50,182 nucleotides of DNA from a virus (IMGVR_UViG_3300028908_000002:1-50182), one strand, 5' to 3'. Positions 10,200 through 20,509 are shown, numbered from the stretch's first letter. Notes: a model not told the origin generated them from the letters alone. Numbers and translations: made by a program.

Positions 10200-10862
10200 C
10201 TAATGTGCTACTGTAAATGTGTCGAAATAAACGGTGAACTTCTCACCTGCCACATCAGTTGGCGTTAGTCCACCTTCAGGCAGCCATACTTTAATGTTAC
10301 CGTCAGCGTATATGGTGATAGTTACACCACCAAGTACGAAATTAGCGTTCTCCATATTACCTATATTAGCTTTTAAGTAGCCAGTTTTAGGTATCACAAG
10401 TGAAGCATTCGGGTCGGCTTGATCCACCATAGCTACAACTTTATTCCACTTACCGTACTGTGAAGTAGCACCGTCAAGTGTGAACTGTAACCCACCATAA
10501 CCTGATATGATATTGTTAGATACCCACTTGACGCCTAAGCCTATTGATGTATCCTTAATACTAGAACCGTTTAGTGGTACAACAGGTACATCAACAGCTA
10601 CAAGTTTCTCTAACCGCTTGTTAGTGTCGCTCCACACTATGAGATCACCCTCATTTAAGCCCTCTGTCTTAACAACAGCTTTACCTTTAAGGGCTTCTTG
10701 TACATTCTCCCCGCCACACGCAGCTTGTTCCTCTTTCTTGATAGGAATATGCTCAGCGTGTATTGCGGTACAGGTACCTGTTCCACAGGCTAAACTGTCT
10801 TGCGTTTCGGGCTGATCAGCTTGATAGAGGAATAAATCCTCTTTGCATATTGCTAGTGACAT
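10200..10862 (-). CDS. Fibre / receptor-binding protein, paralog of 9523
   Basis: Same C-domain as 9523; ENVQEAL fibre-like motif. Confidence 0.65.
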   Translation of the reverse strand: MSLAICKEDLFLYQADQPETQDSLACGTGTCTAIHAEHIPIKKEEQAACGGENVQEALKGKAVVKTEGLNEGDLIVWSDTNKRLEKLVAVDVPVVPLNGSSIKDTSIGLGVKWVSNNIISGYGGLQFTLDGATSQYGKWNKVVAMVDQADPNASLVIPKTGYLKANIGNMENANFVLGGVTITIYADGNIKVWLPEGGLTPTDVAGEKFTVYFDTFTVAH

Positions 10863-10872
10863 TTGTAGCCTC

Positions 10873-11901
10873 CTAAATTTTATGCGAACTTGCTATGTCG
10901 CCTATCGTAGATTGTGACAGTATTGTACTATACAAGCGACAGTCTTTAACTCCGCCTTCCATAGTGCCGTAACTATAATCTGATATATTGGAACAAGTCC
11001 AACCCTCGATTGTGAGCGAACCCTCTGCTGATGACACTAAAGCTGTTAAATCTGTTGTAGCTTGTAATGTACCGTTACTGTCAAACAGATAACCGTGAAC
11101 ATTACCGCCGCCTGTCGGTACAAAGCCTACTGTGTACCACTGATTGGCTGATAAGAAATAGCCACTGTCTTGTTTATCGTCGGCTCTTGTTACGAAATAG
11201 CCTTTACTGTTGGCTGTATCAACCGCAAAGCCTAACTCTATTGTGTCTGCATGTTTCATACCCAAACCTACACCTTGCATAGGTTCAGCCGAATCACCTG
11301 TCCATACAAAGCTAAACACGATAGTCCAATTATTTTCATCGGCGATAGTAGGTTCATTATTCCAAGTTTGCATTTTATAGTCGTCGCCTGTCCATTCCAT
11401 AGCACATTCGCCACTTATATCAGATTTGAAAGTCCAACTGTTAGCGTGATCTGCACCGCCTACTAAGTCTTTACCGTCTTTCTCCATAGGCACTACCGCT
11501 ACTTCATTACCTATTGTAAGCGTTGTGCCTAATTTCTCAATCGTACATTGACTTGATGTGGTTGTTCCACCGCCTGAAGTGCTACCTCCGCAACACACAT
11601 CTTCCCACACATTGTTGTCAGTGGTAGCGTCAGTGCAGACGTACCATGCCTTATTAGCTGTATCTATATACACCGTGTTAATTCCCGCCTTAGGATTAGT
11701 GGTGGCTGTTGGTGCGTCAGTACCTAACATGACAACTGCCACATCAGGTATTAACTCCGCCTTCTTATTGTTCTTGTCCGTTATCTTTATACCAACTATA
11801 TCGCCGTCAGAGAGATCACTCCAATTTGTAACCTCTACTGTATTGGCTAACTTGTTAGCATCGCTGCTTAAGAACTTCCTATTGATCGACATCTGTATCA
11901 C
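10873..11901 (-). CDS. Fibre protein with LamG/ConA-like C-terminal domain
   Basis: APT...YIDT...WYVCTDAT...W fibre motif; C-terminal WTIVFSF...NQWYTVGF...GGVKDCRLYSTILS LamG-like pattern. Start is probably at MSINRK. Confidence 0.65.
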   Translation of the reverse strand: MIQMSINRKFLSSDANKLANTVEVTNWSDLSDGDIVGIKITDKNNKKAELIPDVAVVMLGTDAPTATTNPKAGINTVYIDTANKAWYVCTDATTDNNVWEDVCCGGSTSGGGTTTSSQCTIEKLGTTLTIGNEVAVVPMEKDGKDLVGGADHANSWTFKSDISGECAMEWTGDDYKMQTWNNEPTIADENNWTIVFSFVWTGDSAEPMQGVGLGMKHADTIELGFAVDTANSKGYFVTRADDKQDSGYFLSANQWYTVGFVPTGGGNVHGYLFDSNGTLQATTDLTALVSSAEGSLTIEGWTCSNISDYSYGTMEGGVKDCRLYSTILSQSTIGDIASSHKI

Positions 11902-12346
11902 CTCCTAACAAAACAATCAGCTTATCAAGCATAGTTGAAAGCCTCTCTAACGGGGCTTCAAGTGTTGGATACTTGTGTGAGCCCTGTATAGCAGACATAA
12001 TAGCTGCTGCTATGCTTATATCTGATGATAATGCGTCTATGTTGTCGTAACCTATGTTGCTAAGTATAGATGCTATATCCATAGCTTGACCCTCTATACC
12101 GTTCAAAATGTCCTGCACAAGATTTGTACGCTCAATGAACTGTGCGTAGTCTTGCAAAGCTTTCACTTTCAGACCATCATCTGTATCTATCAACAATCCA
12201 TATGTGTCTTTTAATGCGGTGAACTCATCAGGCACACCTAAACTTGTAGCATTGAACATTGTGGGGCGTAGTGTATCACTACTGTCCTTTAACTGTTCTA
12301 ATAGCTGTGCTACACTACTTATATCTGCTTTATTTGTAATAAACAT
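11879..12346 (-). CDS. Acidic helical protein, paralog of 12356 (possible fibre chaperone)
   Basis: Shares GYDN...L.SD and F.AL...Y.LL with its neighbour. Confidence 0.5.
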   Translation of the reverse strand: MFITNKADISSVAQLLEQLKDSSDTLRPTMFNATSLGVPDEFTALKDTYGLLIDTDDGLKVKALQDYAQFIERTNLVQDILNGIEGQAMDIASILSNIGYDNIDALSSDISIAAAIMSAIQGSHKYPTLEAPLERLSTMLDKLIVLLGGDTDVDQ

Positions 12347-12355
12347 TGCTTATCC

Positions 12356-12829
12356 TTATTCTGCTTCTACTCTTTCTTTAAGTCCTTGCAATAAAGCCCC
12401 TACTCTCGCAAATCCTCCTACAATAGCGTTATACTGACCCGCTTTGTTAATGGACGCTACAAGTTGAGACAGTAAAGCACCGTCGCTATCCAAGTTAGTA
12501 ACATTATCGTAACCCAAAGTATGCAATAGCTGTGTGTAAGAGAAACCCTCCTCGACATCTGCGCCGTCTTCAATATCTGTTAAAAGGTTTTGAAGTTGGA
12601 TTTCATAGACTATATCCTTACTTAGGTTTAGAGTATAGATGTCCTCTACTTCATCGTACGCTAAAAGATTGTACTTATTAAGGAGGGCATCGAAGATTTC
12701 TTGACCCTCGCCTTCTTTAATTCCTTCTAACAGTTCAACTGTTATGTTGTTTGCTTTCTCTCCGTTTTGGATGTCGCTTTTTAGTTGCGCCAATGCCTCA
12801 ATTACTTGATTATCAGTTATCGCTTTCAT
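12356..12829 (-). CDS. Acidic helical protein, paralog of 11879 (possible fibre chaperone)
   Basis: Same shared motifs; directly downstream of the long fibre. Confidence 0.5.
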   Translation of the reverse strand: MKAITDNQVIEALAQLKSDIQNGEKANNITVELLEGIKEGEGQEIFDALLNKYNLLAYDEVEDIYTLNLSKDIVYEIQLQNLLTDIEDGADVEEGFSYTQLLHTLGYDNVTNLDSDGALLSQLVASINKAGQYNAIVGGFARVGALLQGLKERVEAE

Positions 12830-12849
12830 GTGTTATCTCCTTAATTAAA

Positions 12850-15800
12850 TTATCCCAACTGTGGGGTTAAGCCGTATGCTCTTGTGCCGTACTTAAAGTT
12901 AATATAACCAGCCTCGTACAACCTCTTAGCCCAAGCTCCTCTTTGTGCACCATCATCCATTCCGTTTGCATTGTTACCACTTACCGGAACATATACTCTA
13001 ATCTCGCTAAGCGTTGCATTTGAATACATAGTTCCGTTAACAGAGCCGCCTACTATGGTTAAATAACCGTTGTACTGTGCATCGTAGGAACTTATGTTAC
13101 CTTTGTACACGCCGTCCACATAGACTCTTGTCTTCAAGTCTGATGTGTCATGTAACAGACAAATGTGGTGTGGTGCACTTGTGAACTTAGATTGGTCGAG
13201 GCTTACATACCCTCCGTTGTTGTGTCCGTTTTCAAAGGACACCCAAAACTTATCCGTAGTCCTCCAACCTACAACCAAACAATCGTTGTTCGAGTCTGAA
13301 GTCGAAAAGCTACCTAAGAAGTAGTTTTGGTCTAAGTTCTCCGGCTGTACCCAGAAAGATATGATCCAGTCTCGTTTACCTAACCATACACCGTTTGAGT
13401 TGTTGTATGCTTTAAGGTAATTCTTCCAAGCTCTTCTTGCAAACCAACCTGTTTGATTCCATGACGCACCCTTCCTCCAAACGAATGTTCCAGCTGACAT
13501 CTTCTGCTGCATCCACTCTTTGTTTTTCGTTACCTCTTTCACAATACCGTCTAACGGCAAGTATAATGTTTCAGTCCAAGAAGAGTGCCTCAACACATTA
13601 TACACACTCGGAACCATACCTGTCGTAGTATTTATGTAGTTCTTACCTACGATAGCAACCTCGTCTCTCGCCATCCACATAAAAGTATAGCCGTCCATGT
13701 ATCCTGACAATCTGATGTCTCCACCTGCTTGTAGGCAGTTGCAGCCGTCAATAAAACTAACTACCGTGTTAAATGTCAAACCGTCATTGAATACCATAAA
13801 AGTATGACCAATCAAATGGTCTTGACTTCCATCACTTGGTAGTGGTCTCATGTTGGCTTTCTTCACTCCGTTGTTAGTGAAATAAAACACTGGAGCTGTA
13901 TTCACTTGTCCATTTGTACCACTGATAGTGTTCTCGCCAGTAATCGCTACCTTCTTAAAGCCTTGTGTGGCATTGTGATACACAGGGTAAAATGTCCTCG
14001 CTTGTGGCAAATCACCTTTCCACTCTAAAACATTAGAGTTGTTCATCACAAGTTTAGCGCTTTGAGTGTCGTCATCATACTCTACAATGTTCTTGTCATA
14101 CACATACAGCCAAGCGGTTTGACCGTTTGTTCTCATATAAAAGCCTCTATGTTTACCACCTTTAGCTTTATCTACCCATGCGTACTCCACCTCTGCTTTA
14201 CATTCATCTGTTGGAAGATCATCGGGGAACTCATACACATTTTTAAATCTGTAACGAGCCTTGTAATCTCCTATTGCTGCTGCTAACTCTGTCGGTACTT
14301 TGTCATTCTCTGCGTTGTCTATGCCCCTAATATTCTCGACTACAAGCTCAAGATCAATTGTGAGTTCCGTATCATCGTTAAGAACTATGATAAGGTCTCC
14401 GCTTGTATCATCACGCTTAAACTCTTTAATGTCCTTATCTGACAGTGCCTTAACTTGATCCGCTACCGCTTTCTCACTGACAAATTCAGTGTTTGAAGCG
14501 TTATCGGTATCTCTAACATCACCTCTCATTGGAGGATAGCCTACTTTTAGCTCTGTGTCATTAGCGAGTGTAATGATGTATTGCATAGCTACATCGTCCT
14601 TGCTGTATGACTTGACTGTTCTCTCGGCTGCGTTGTCAATAGCTGTTCTAACCGCTTTTTCAGTCGGGAACACGCCGTCTTCAGCTGCATCAGACGCTCT
14701 GACGCTTTCAATGTGCGCTATAATGTCTATCCAAGCTATTTCAGTCTTGGATGTTCCATCAGCCGATGTGAATGTAAGCTTCTTGTTAGTTGCATCATTT
14801 TCAACTGTTTTAATGTTGTTGATATCAACTGAAACAAGCTCATTCCCATCCTCGTCCTTAAGCTTCAAAGTGCCGTTGTTGTATGTTCCGTCTTTTACAT
14901 ATATGTCTACCGCTACATCGTCAAGGTCTATGGTTTTCTTAGTGTCATCTGCAAAGGTAATAGTTAAAGTATGCTCGTCAGTGTCAGCTGTAAAATCCTT
15001 CACTAATTTAGCACCTGTAACTTTATCTACCTTAGTGTCCAATGCTGTCTTAACTGCTTTGCTTGTCGCAAGTTCGTCATCACTGTCATTGATAGCTGTC
15101 TTGATGACAGTTGTATCGACTTTCTTGTCAAGTTCTGTTCTGACTGCTAACTCTGACGGCACATCGTCATTTGTAGCGGTGGAACTGTCTCTTACTGATG
15201 TAACAGGATCAATATCATTGAACGCTACCTCAAGCTTTGTTCCGTCATTAAGTTCAATGACATACTTACTGTTCACATCGTCCTTCGTATAGGACTTGAC
15301 AAGCTTATCTTTGTTAGCCTTAACAACAGTAGATACGGCTGCTTCTGTCGCTGCTTGTGTAGTACTTGCAGCTGTTGGGTCTGAGTTAACACTTGTAACC
15401 AAATCAATTAAATCTGCGTACGCTATTTCAGTTTTAGTTGTACCGTCCGCCTTTGTAAACACAAGCTTCTTGTTGGTGGTATCATTCTCGATTGTATCAA
15501 CATTGTTAATGCTTATAGATACAAGCTCGTTGCTGTTTTCATCTTTTAACTTCAATGTACCACTGTCGTATGTAGCACTATCTGCATGAATATCTACTAC
15601 TATATCGTCAAGGTCAATAGTAGTCTCGGTGTTATCCTCGTACTTGATAGTTATACTGTGCTCTGTTGCATCAGCAGTGAAATCCTTGACAAGCTTTGCA
15701 CCTGTTACAGCGGTATGCTTCTTGTCAAGTTCGGTACGGACAGCCTTCTCTGACGGGATTACAGTGTCTTCCGCAGACGCACTGTCTCTCACTGATGTAA

Positions 15801-16452
15801 CAATAACTCCGCCTTTGTAATCAGCTTCGTACTTAGTGCCGTCCTCCAACTCTATGACATATTTTTTATTTACATCATCAGTTGTGAACGACTTAATCGC
15901 AAGTTTAGACAGATTATCTATTACAGTCCTAAGCCCGTACTCTGATACTACCTCTTTATCAGACGCAGAAGTTTTATCCCTGATGTCTTGTCTCACAGTA
16001 ACACCACCACTTACATCTGTCTTAGTAAGTGTTATAGTCAATCTTACAGTTGGAGACGGGTTATAGTTCTCTCTAACAGCTTTAACTACAACCTGTGTGG
16101 AACTATCCACACCATAAAGCCCATATTTAACCTTCAACACACCACCGCTGAACGATACCAACTCAAGTACGCCTGTATCTATGATATAGTCGTTTTCGGG
16201 GTCATAGTTGTCTATATTGATAGTCAACTCTTCTCCCGTATCCAAATCCGTATTTGATGGTGTGGGTGTAAGTATTGGCTGCGCTAACGTGTCTCTTGTT
16301 ATATCTATCCTGAAAAATTCAGGCATACCGTCGTCCTGCGACTTAAATCCCCATACTCGTTTTACATCATCTGGCACAGAGGTTGCGTCGAATACTAACT
16401 TACCCGCATCCTCTTTCATTGTTCCAGCTGATACAAACCATTTCCAAGCCAT
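12850..16452 (-). CDS. Long repeat-containing tail fibre with C-terminal LamG-like domain (1200 aa)
   Basis: Repeated SVRD...PSE.AVRT.LD and VK.F..DD...YVI.L.DGT modules; C-terminal ISFWV...HHICL...RVYVDG...LSEIRVY. Confidence 0.8.
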   Translation of the reverse strand: MAWKWFVSAGTMKEDAGKLVFDATSVPDDVKRVWGFKSQDDGMPEFFRIDITRDTLAQPILTPTPSNTDLDTGEELTINIDNYDPENDYIIDTGVLELVSFSGGVLKVKYGLYGVDSSTQVVVKAVRENYNPSPTVRLTITLTKTDVSGGVTVRQDIRDKTSASDKEVVSEYGLRTVIDNLSKLAIKSFTTDDVNKKYVIELEDGTKYEADYKGGVIVTSVRDSASAEDTVIPSEKAVRTELDKKHTAVTGAKLVKDFTADATEHSITIKYEDNTETTIDLDDIVVDIHADSATYDSGTLKLKDENSNELVSISINNVDTIENDTTNKKLVFTKADGTTKTEIAYADLIDLVTSVNSDPTAASTTQAATEAAVSTVVKANKDKLVKSYTKDDVNSKYVIELNDGTKLEVAFNDIDPVTSVRDSSTATNDDVPSELAVRTELDKKVDTTVIKTAINDSDDELATSKAVKTALDTKVDKVTGAKLVKDFTADTDEHTLTITFADDTKKTIDLDDVAVDIYVKDGTYNNGTLKLKDEDGNELVSVDINNIKTVENDATNKKLTFTSADGTSKTEIAWIDIIAHIESVRASDAAEDGVFPTEKAVRTAIDNAAERTVKSYSKDDVAMQYIITLANDTELKVGYPPMRGDVRDTDNASNTEFVSEKAVADQVKALSDKDIKEFKRDDTSGDLIIVLNDDTELTIDLELVVENIRGIDNAENDKVPTELAAAIGDYKARYRFKNVYEFPDDLPTDECKAEVEYAWVDKAKGGKHRGFYMRTNGQTAWLYVYDKNIVEYDDDTQSAKLVMNNSNVLEWKGDLPQARTFYPVYHNATQGFKKVAITGENTISGTNGQVNTAPVFYFTNNGVKKANMRPLPSDGSQDHLIGHTFMVFNDGLTFNTVVSFIDGCNCLQAGGDIRLSGYMDGYTFMWMARDEVAIVGKNYINTTTGMVPSVYNVLRHSSWTETLYLPLDGIVKEVTKNKEWMQQKMSAGTFVWRKGASWNQTGWFARRAWKNYLKAYNNSNGVWLGKRDWIISFWVQPENLDQNYFLGSFSTSDSNNDCLVVGWRTTDKFWVSFENGHNNGGYVSLDQSKFTSAPHHICLLHDTSDLKTRVYVDGVYKGNISSYDAQYNGYLTIVGGSVNGTMYSNATLSEIRVYVPVSGNNANGMDDGAQRGAWAKRLYEAGYINFKYGTRAYGLTPQLG

Positions 16453-16453
16453 A

Positions 16454-17371
16454 TTAGCCCCCTATAATAATTTGTTCATTTTGTGTGTCGTTAGCTGTAT
16501 ATACTAACGGCTGTGTTTGTGTACCTACAAGATATTGACCCCATTGTTGAAAGTCCGTGTCTTGTGTAGGCATATTGTCACATACAGGCGGTATATAGAA
16601 TGTCATCTCTTGACTATCAGGTCTCGTTTCAACGTATCCTACATATTCACCTTGTGCGTTCTTCTGTTCACTCCATTTGGATTTAAGCACCCAACGGTTA
16701 ACCTTTACAGGTATGTACAAGATTATCTTCTTATTTACACGATCTATGTATGTGGACTTGTTAGTGTCATTAGTCCACACCACTTCTATTGGGTAGCACA
16801 TGATGTCCACTAACTCTTGTGCCTTCCTTGCAGCGTCCTCTGTACAAGATAGAAAGTTGCGAAACTCCTCGTACATCTTCTTAGCTGTACATAAGGAGCT
16901 TGACATCTGATCTAAAAGCCCTTGTGCCCTCTCAACCTTACACTCTGCGAGTTTTAATTCTTCATCCGCCTTGTTGTACTTGCATAGTGTAGTTTCTGTG
17001 AGACTCTTTAGATTAGCCACATCGTGTAAGAAGCACCCTATCTGATCTACAATAGTAGCTACTCGTTGCACTGCTACAACACTGTCGCTTACCTTCTCTA
17101 TATCCTCTCTATAATTCGTTATAGGAAGTATATCGTCGGACAAGTCGAGTAACTTCTTCAACTCTTGAACATTATCTGCTAAAGTTTTAATGTTGGGATT
17201 GTTCATCAGCTCGTCATACACATCGTGAACCGTATGTGTCTCATCATACGGTAAGTCTTTAGCTGATATTCTCCGTATTGTGCGTGTTGATCCATCTGGG
17301 AGCGTAACTGTCTCAGTACCTGTGCCGAGTGCTAACTCGTCAAGTCCTACTTTACTGCTATATACTTGCAT
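16454..17371 (-). CDS. Proximal fibre / tail-associated coiled-coil protein
   Basis: N-terminal anchor-like motif KVGLDELALGTGT...ISAKDLPY followed by a Cys-containing coiled coil. Confidence 0.5.
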   Translation of the reverse strand: MQVYSSKVGLDELALGTGTETVTLPDGSTRTIRRISAKDLPYDETHTVHDVYDELMNNPNIKTLADNVQELKKLLDLSDDILPITNYREDIEKVSDSVVAVQRVATIVDQIGCFLHDVANLKSLTETTLCKYNKADEELKLAECKVERAQGLLDQMSSSLCTAKKMYEEFRNFLSCTEDAARKAQELVDIMCYPIEVVWTNDTNKSTYIDRVNKKIILYIPVKVNRWVLKSKWSEQKNAQGEYVGYVETRPDSQEMTFYIPPVCDNMPTQDTDFQQWGQYLVGTQTQPLVYTANDTQNEQIIIGG

Positions 17372-17379
17372 ACAGCCCC

Positions 17380-18120
17380 CTATTTAGTGAGTTTCTGTAC
17401 CGCTGTTTGATAGCGTTGGTTGAAGTAAACAGCCTTGTTCACATTCTCCATATTCGCATTATACAGTAGCATATTCGCTGCTGCATAGTATCTAACTGCG
17501 TACATTATTGTAGCTTTGTCCTCATAATACTGTGGAATAGTACTTTTAAGAACTAATTTTGGAGGTTTAAGTTTCAACCTCGCCTTGAATTGCACGACTT
17601 TAGGAAGGTACACTATCCCTGTTGTAGGATAGGCTTGTCCTGCTATGATTACATACGATGGTGCGGTACTGTCCGTATCGCACTGCTGTATGACATATTT
17701 AGGTTCAGGGTCAGTCAATATTGGATAGGGGCGGTAAACACCGTCGTCCTCATACACTGCCTCCAATGAAGAGCCCTTAGCTGATCTCAACGACGCCCTT
17801 CTCACCTCAATATCGCACACATCATCTGTATATGGGCGTATGCCCGTGTACTCATCAATCTTACGCAATGGTACATTGTCAATAAATGACAGAATACCTA
17901 TTGCATTATCAGGAAGTGTGAAGTTGTCAGCACCCTCTTCAAGTGTAACAACTCCATCACCTCGAAATATAGTTTCGTCCATCATCTGCAGGGCGTAGAG
18001 AGCCTCGTTACACTCTCTTACTATTTGATCGTCAGTGTAACGCTCTCTTCCCTCCGACTGTCGTGCGTCGCCGATTAAATCTCTGATCGATATGATCAGT
18101 TCATCGACAGACTCGTACAT
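17380..18120 (-). CDS. Head-tail adaptor
   Basis: IRDLIGD...YTDDQIV..NEA N-terminal helices, YRPYP, and C-terminal AVRYYAAA helix; follows the capsid genes. Confidence 0.7.
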   Translation of the reverse strand: MYESVDELIISIRDLIGDARQSEGRERYTDDQIVRECNEALYALQMMDETIFRGDGVVTLEEGADNFTLPDNAIGILSFIDNVPLRKIDEYTGIRPYTDDVCDIEVRRASLRSAKGSSLEAVYEDDGVYRPYPILTDPEPKYVIQQCDTDSTAPSYVIIAGQAYPTTGIVYLPKVVQFKARLKLKPPKLVLKSTIPQYYEDKATIMYAVRYYAAANMLLYNANMENVNKAVYFNQRYQTAVQKLTK

Positions 18121-18128
18121 GATAAATC

Positions 18129-18620
18129 CTATATATGATAGTAGGTTTTAACCCCACTTTGTACCACTTGGGCTAATAGGATAACTTGCCCTTCTGTGGC
18201 TTGTCCTGCCATAGCTGTAATCTCTACTCTAATCTCCAACGGCTCGTCGATGTAAGCCTTAACATCTTTACATACGACTTTGCACTTTGTATCAGAAGCG
18301 TTTAATGACGCAAAGTACGCTGCATTATCAGTGTCATTACCTATCTTCATCGTTGTATTCTTATCGTACGGCACGATGATTACCGCACATATTTGCTGGA
18401 TATAGTGTCCAGCTGGTATCGTACCCACATAGATTACATCGTCCTTCTTCAACAGTGTAGCGTCATCGATAGGTTCTGCCACTCCTGTCTCCGGATTGAC
18501 TGTTAAGCCTTGCTGCCATGCTCTCGTCCCCGGCTGTACAACGGAAATCTCAAACTCTGTACTCAATACAGGGGCAAGGTTGGCGTTTCTGTTTTGATGT
18601 TGTGTCTTAATTGTTGCCAT
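18129..18620 (-). CDS. Capsid decoration/cement protein
   Basis: Small beta-rich protein (GTIPAG...IGND) directly after the major capsid gene. Confidence 0.55.
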   Translation of the reverse strand: MATIKTQHQNRNANLAPVLSTEFEISVVQPGTRAWQQGLTVNPETGVAEPIDDATLLKKDDVIYVGTIPAGHYIQQICAVIIVPYDKNTTMKIGNDTDNAAYFASLNASDTKCKVVCKDVKAYIDEPLEIRVEITAMAGQATEGQVILLAQVVQSGVKTYYHI

Positions 18621-18625
18621 TACTA

Positions 18626-19822
18626 TTACCCCCTCTTACCTATGAAGTACTCAAAATGGATAAGTCCAAAGTTGTACCCTGTAATTTTAGTACTGTAATC
18701 TGTGTTATGCTCTCTGTACACTGCAGGTGCTACGTTAAAAAAGCCCCTTAGGAAGCTCTCGCTGAATTCTCCTGCATCGTATGTCTCGTATCTGTACTCT
18801 GGAGTCGGCCCAGATGCCATACGAAGCGCTGACTGTCCAACAATTACGCCTCTACCTACGAGGTCATTCGATACGCTAAAGCCTTGCTCACCACTCATTT
18901 TACCATCTTTATTAAATAATCGCCATCCAGGGAGCATTACACCTGTACCTCCGAGATGTCTGTTCAATGTTGTACCATGAAATGTTGGAACTGCTACGAA
19001 GTCTAAGTTACCAAATGTGCCAAGATAACCTCTGATAGCCATATTTCTCTCACCTCTCACATCATACTGTGCGAGGTCTCTGAAATCGGTTGACTCTCTC
19101 AACAATCTAAAGAATGTGCTATCTACAAATACAGTGTATCTACCTGAACTGTTAGACGGCACAAGTGGCAATCTATTACCGCCATTAGTAAAGCCCCATC
19201 CCTCTGATGCTGCTTCTTCCAACTTTCTCACAAACTTGAGTGTAGGTGTATCAGTTGATGTAAGAGCAGCCATAGTGGTCTTACCGTTAGGTCTAATGAT
19301 GTGTGACGGTGCACAGTGTGTCATTGTGCCCTGTAATGCGTCAGCCATTGACTGATGTACCCATCTTGCATTTAAGTTAGCCAACTGCCCCATAGCGTAG
19401 CTGTGCTTTGTGTTGTTCACTTTGTCATATGCAGAGCCTTCAACAGCCCAACCGTTATCTCTGACAAATCTGTAAAAGTGCATTGTCAACTCATCGCTGA
19501 AGTACTTTTGTACCTCGCCCTTTCCCTCAGCTCTTGACTTACCCATGATAGGTGGGTTAACCAAGAAACCATCATAATCAAATGTTATAGCTTGTTTAGC
19601 GTTCTGCGCTGTTCTCGTACTTCTGTATATTACAGATGAAGCACTGTTGCCTATATATGCGTTGAACAAGTTTGTTCTCTGCATTGCGACAATTAGCTTC
19701 TGTTTAATCCACTGCTTACGCGTCAACGGATCGTTCAAGTCAAGTTGTGCTGTGGTGTTCTGCGACGCATTTGGTGGAACAAAGCCTTGACTCGCAGACG
19801 CTGGTGTTACTACTGTTGCCAT
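18626..19822 (-). CDS. Major capsid protein (N4 gp56 / DUF4043-like)
   Basis: 398 aa; SSVIY...ITFDY.G.L...I.G...AEG.GE, G.LG.FGN and GVIVGQSAL...YETYD.G patterns; follows the scaffold. Confidence 0.85.
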   Translation of the reverse strand: MATVVTPASASQGFVPPNASQNTTAQLDLNDPLTRKQWIKQKLIVAMQRTNLFNAYIGNSASSVIYRSTRTAQNAKQAITFDYDGFLVNPPIMGKSRAEGKGEVQKYFSDELTMHFYRFVRDNGWAVEGSAYDKVNNTKHSYAMGQLANLNARWVHQSMADALQGTMTHCAPSHIIRPNGKTTMAALTSTDTPTLKFVRKLEEAASEGWGFTNGGNRLPLVPSNSSGRYTVFVDSTFFRLLRESTDFRDLAQYDVRGERNMAIRGYLGTFGNLDFVAVPTFHGTTLNRHLGGTGVMLPGWRLFNKDGKMSGEQGFSVSNDLVGRGVIVGQSALRMASGPTPEYRYETYDAGEFSESFLRGFFNVAPAVYREHNTDYSTKITGYNFGLIHFEYFIGKRG

Positions 19823-19885
19823 GTATATCCTCTCCCTAAATTATTGTGGTGTACGATAGCTCATCACCGTCGTACCCTCTTCATA

Positions 19886-20329
19886 CTAAATGTATGAGAA
19901 TGTATCTACGCTATCCGGTGATACACCCGCTTCACGGGCAATATCTTTAATAGCCTCATCAGTTAGCGGTATGTCCTCTGTCGGCACACCATTCCAATCT
20001 ATGTCAGATGGCACGCCTACTTGTGGAGTTGTCTCATCAACCTTCTCCTTAGACACCTCTTGTTCTTTACCTTGATCTGCATCTTCACCTGCATTGGTAG
20101 GCGTGGCTGGTGTACCAGTCTCTTCCTGCTTTGGTGTGATGGCTGTCCTGTATGCTTGTACTCTCTCTTCAACAGCTTGATCGAGTAGCTCGGTGTATTT
20201 GACAGCGAATTGCGCTGGATCATTTTCCTTGAGCTGTTCAAGTGTCTCATTGAGTGGTACAACCAGTGTACTCTTAATCTCTTCCCTATACGCCTCAACG
20301 GCTGTATCGATTATATTCGTATCCGCCAT
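19886..20329 (-). CDS. Putative scaffolding protein
   Basis: Very acidic helical and low-complexity protein immediately upstream of the capsid gene. Confidence 0.55.
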   Translation of the reverse strand: MADTNIIDTAVEAYREEIKSTLVVPLNETLEQLKENDPAQFAVKYTELLDQAVEERVQAYRTAITPKQEETGTPATPTNAGEDADQGKEQEVSKEKVDETTPQVGVPSDIDWNGVPTEDIPLTDEAIKDIAREAGVSPDSVDTFSYI

Positions 20330-20480
20330 AGTAATCCTTTATTTATGTTATCGTTATGCTTACACTCACATATAGCATAAGGCTAACATACGAGGAGGCG
20401 ACACTGCCCTGCCAAACAGTGCCACCTGCGGAGTGTACTATAACTACCTACTTAGGTGGAAAAATCTTTGTAGGCGGGTG

Positions 20481-20509
20481 ATTTTATCTAAATCGGTTTG
20501 ATTTGTCAA
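20481..20509 (-). promoter_or_regulatory. Sigma70 promoter of the virion operon
   Basis: Minus strand TTGACA-17 nt-TAAAAT. Confidence 0.75.

Noticed and set aside
9523-10862. Diversity-generating retroelement or shufflon
   Set aside because: No reverse transcriptase or invertase. The paralogs are both intact genes diverged at all base types, not only adenines.
14555-16507. Plus-strand ORFs opposite the long fibre, and similar antisense ORFs elsewhere
   Set aside because: Ser/Leu/Val-rich shadow frames of genuine genes with no RBS or motifs.
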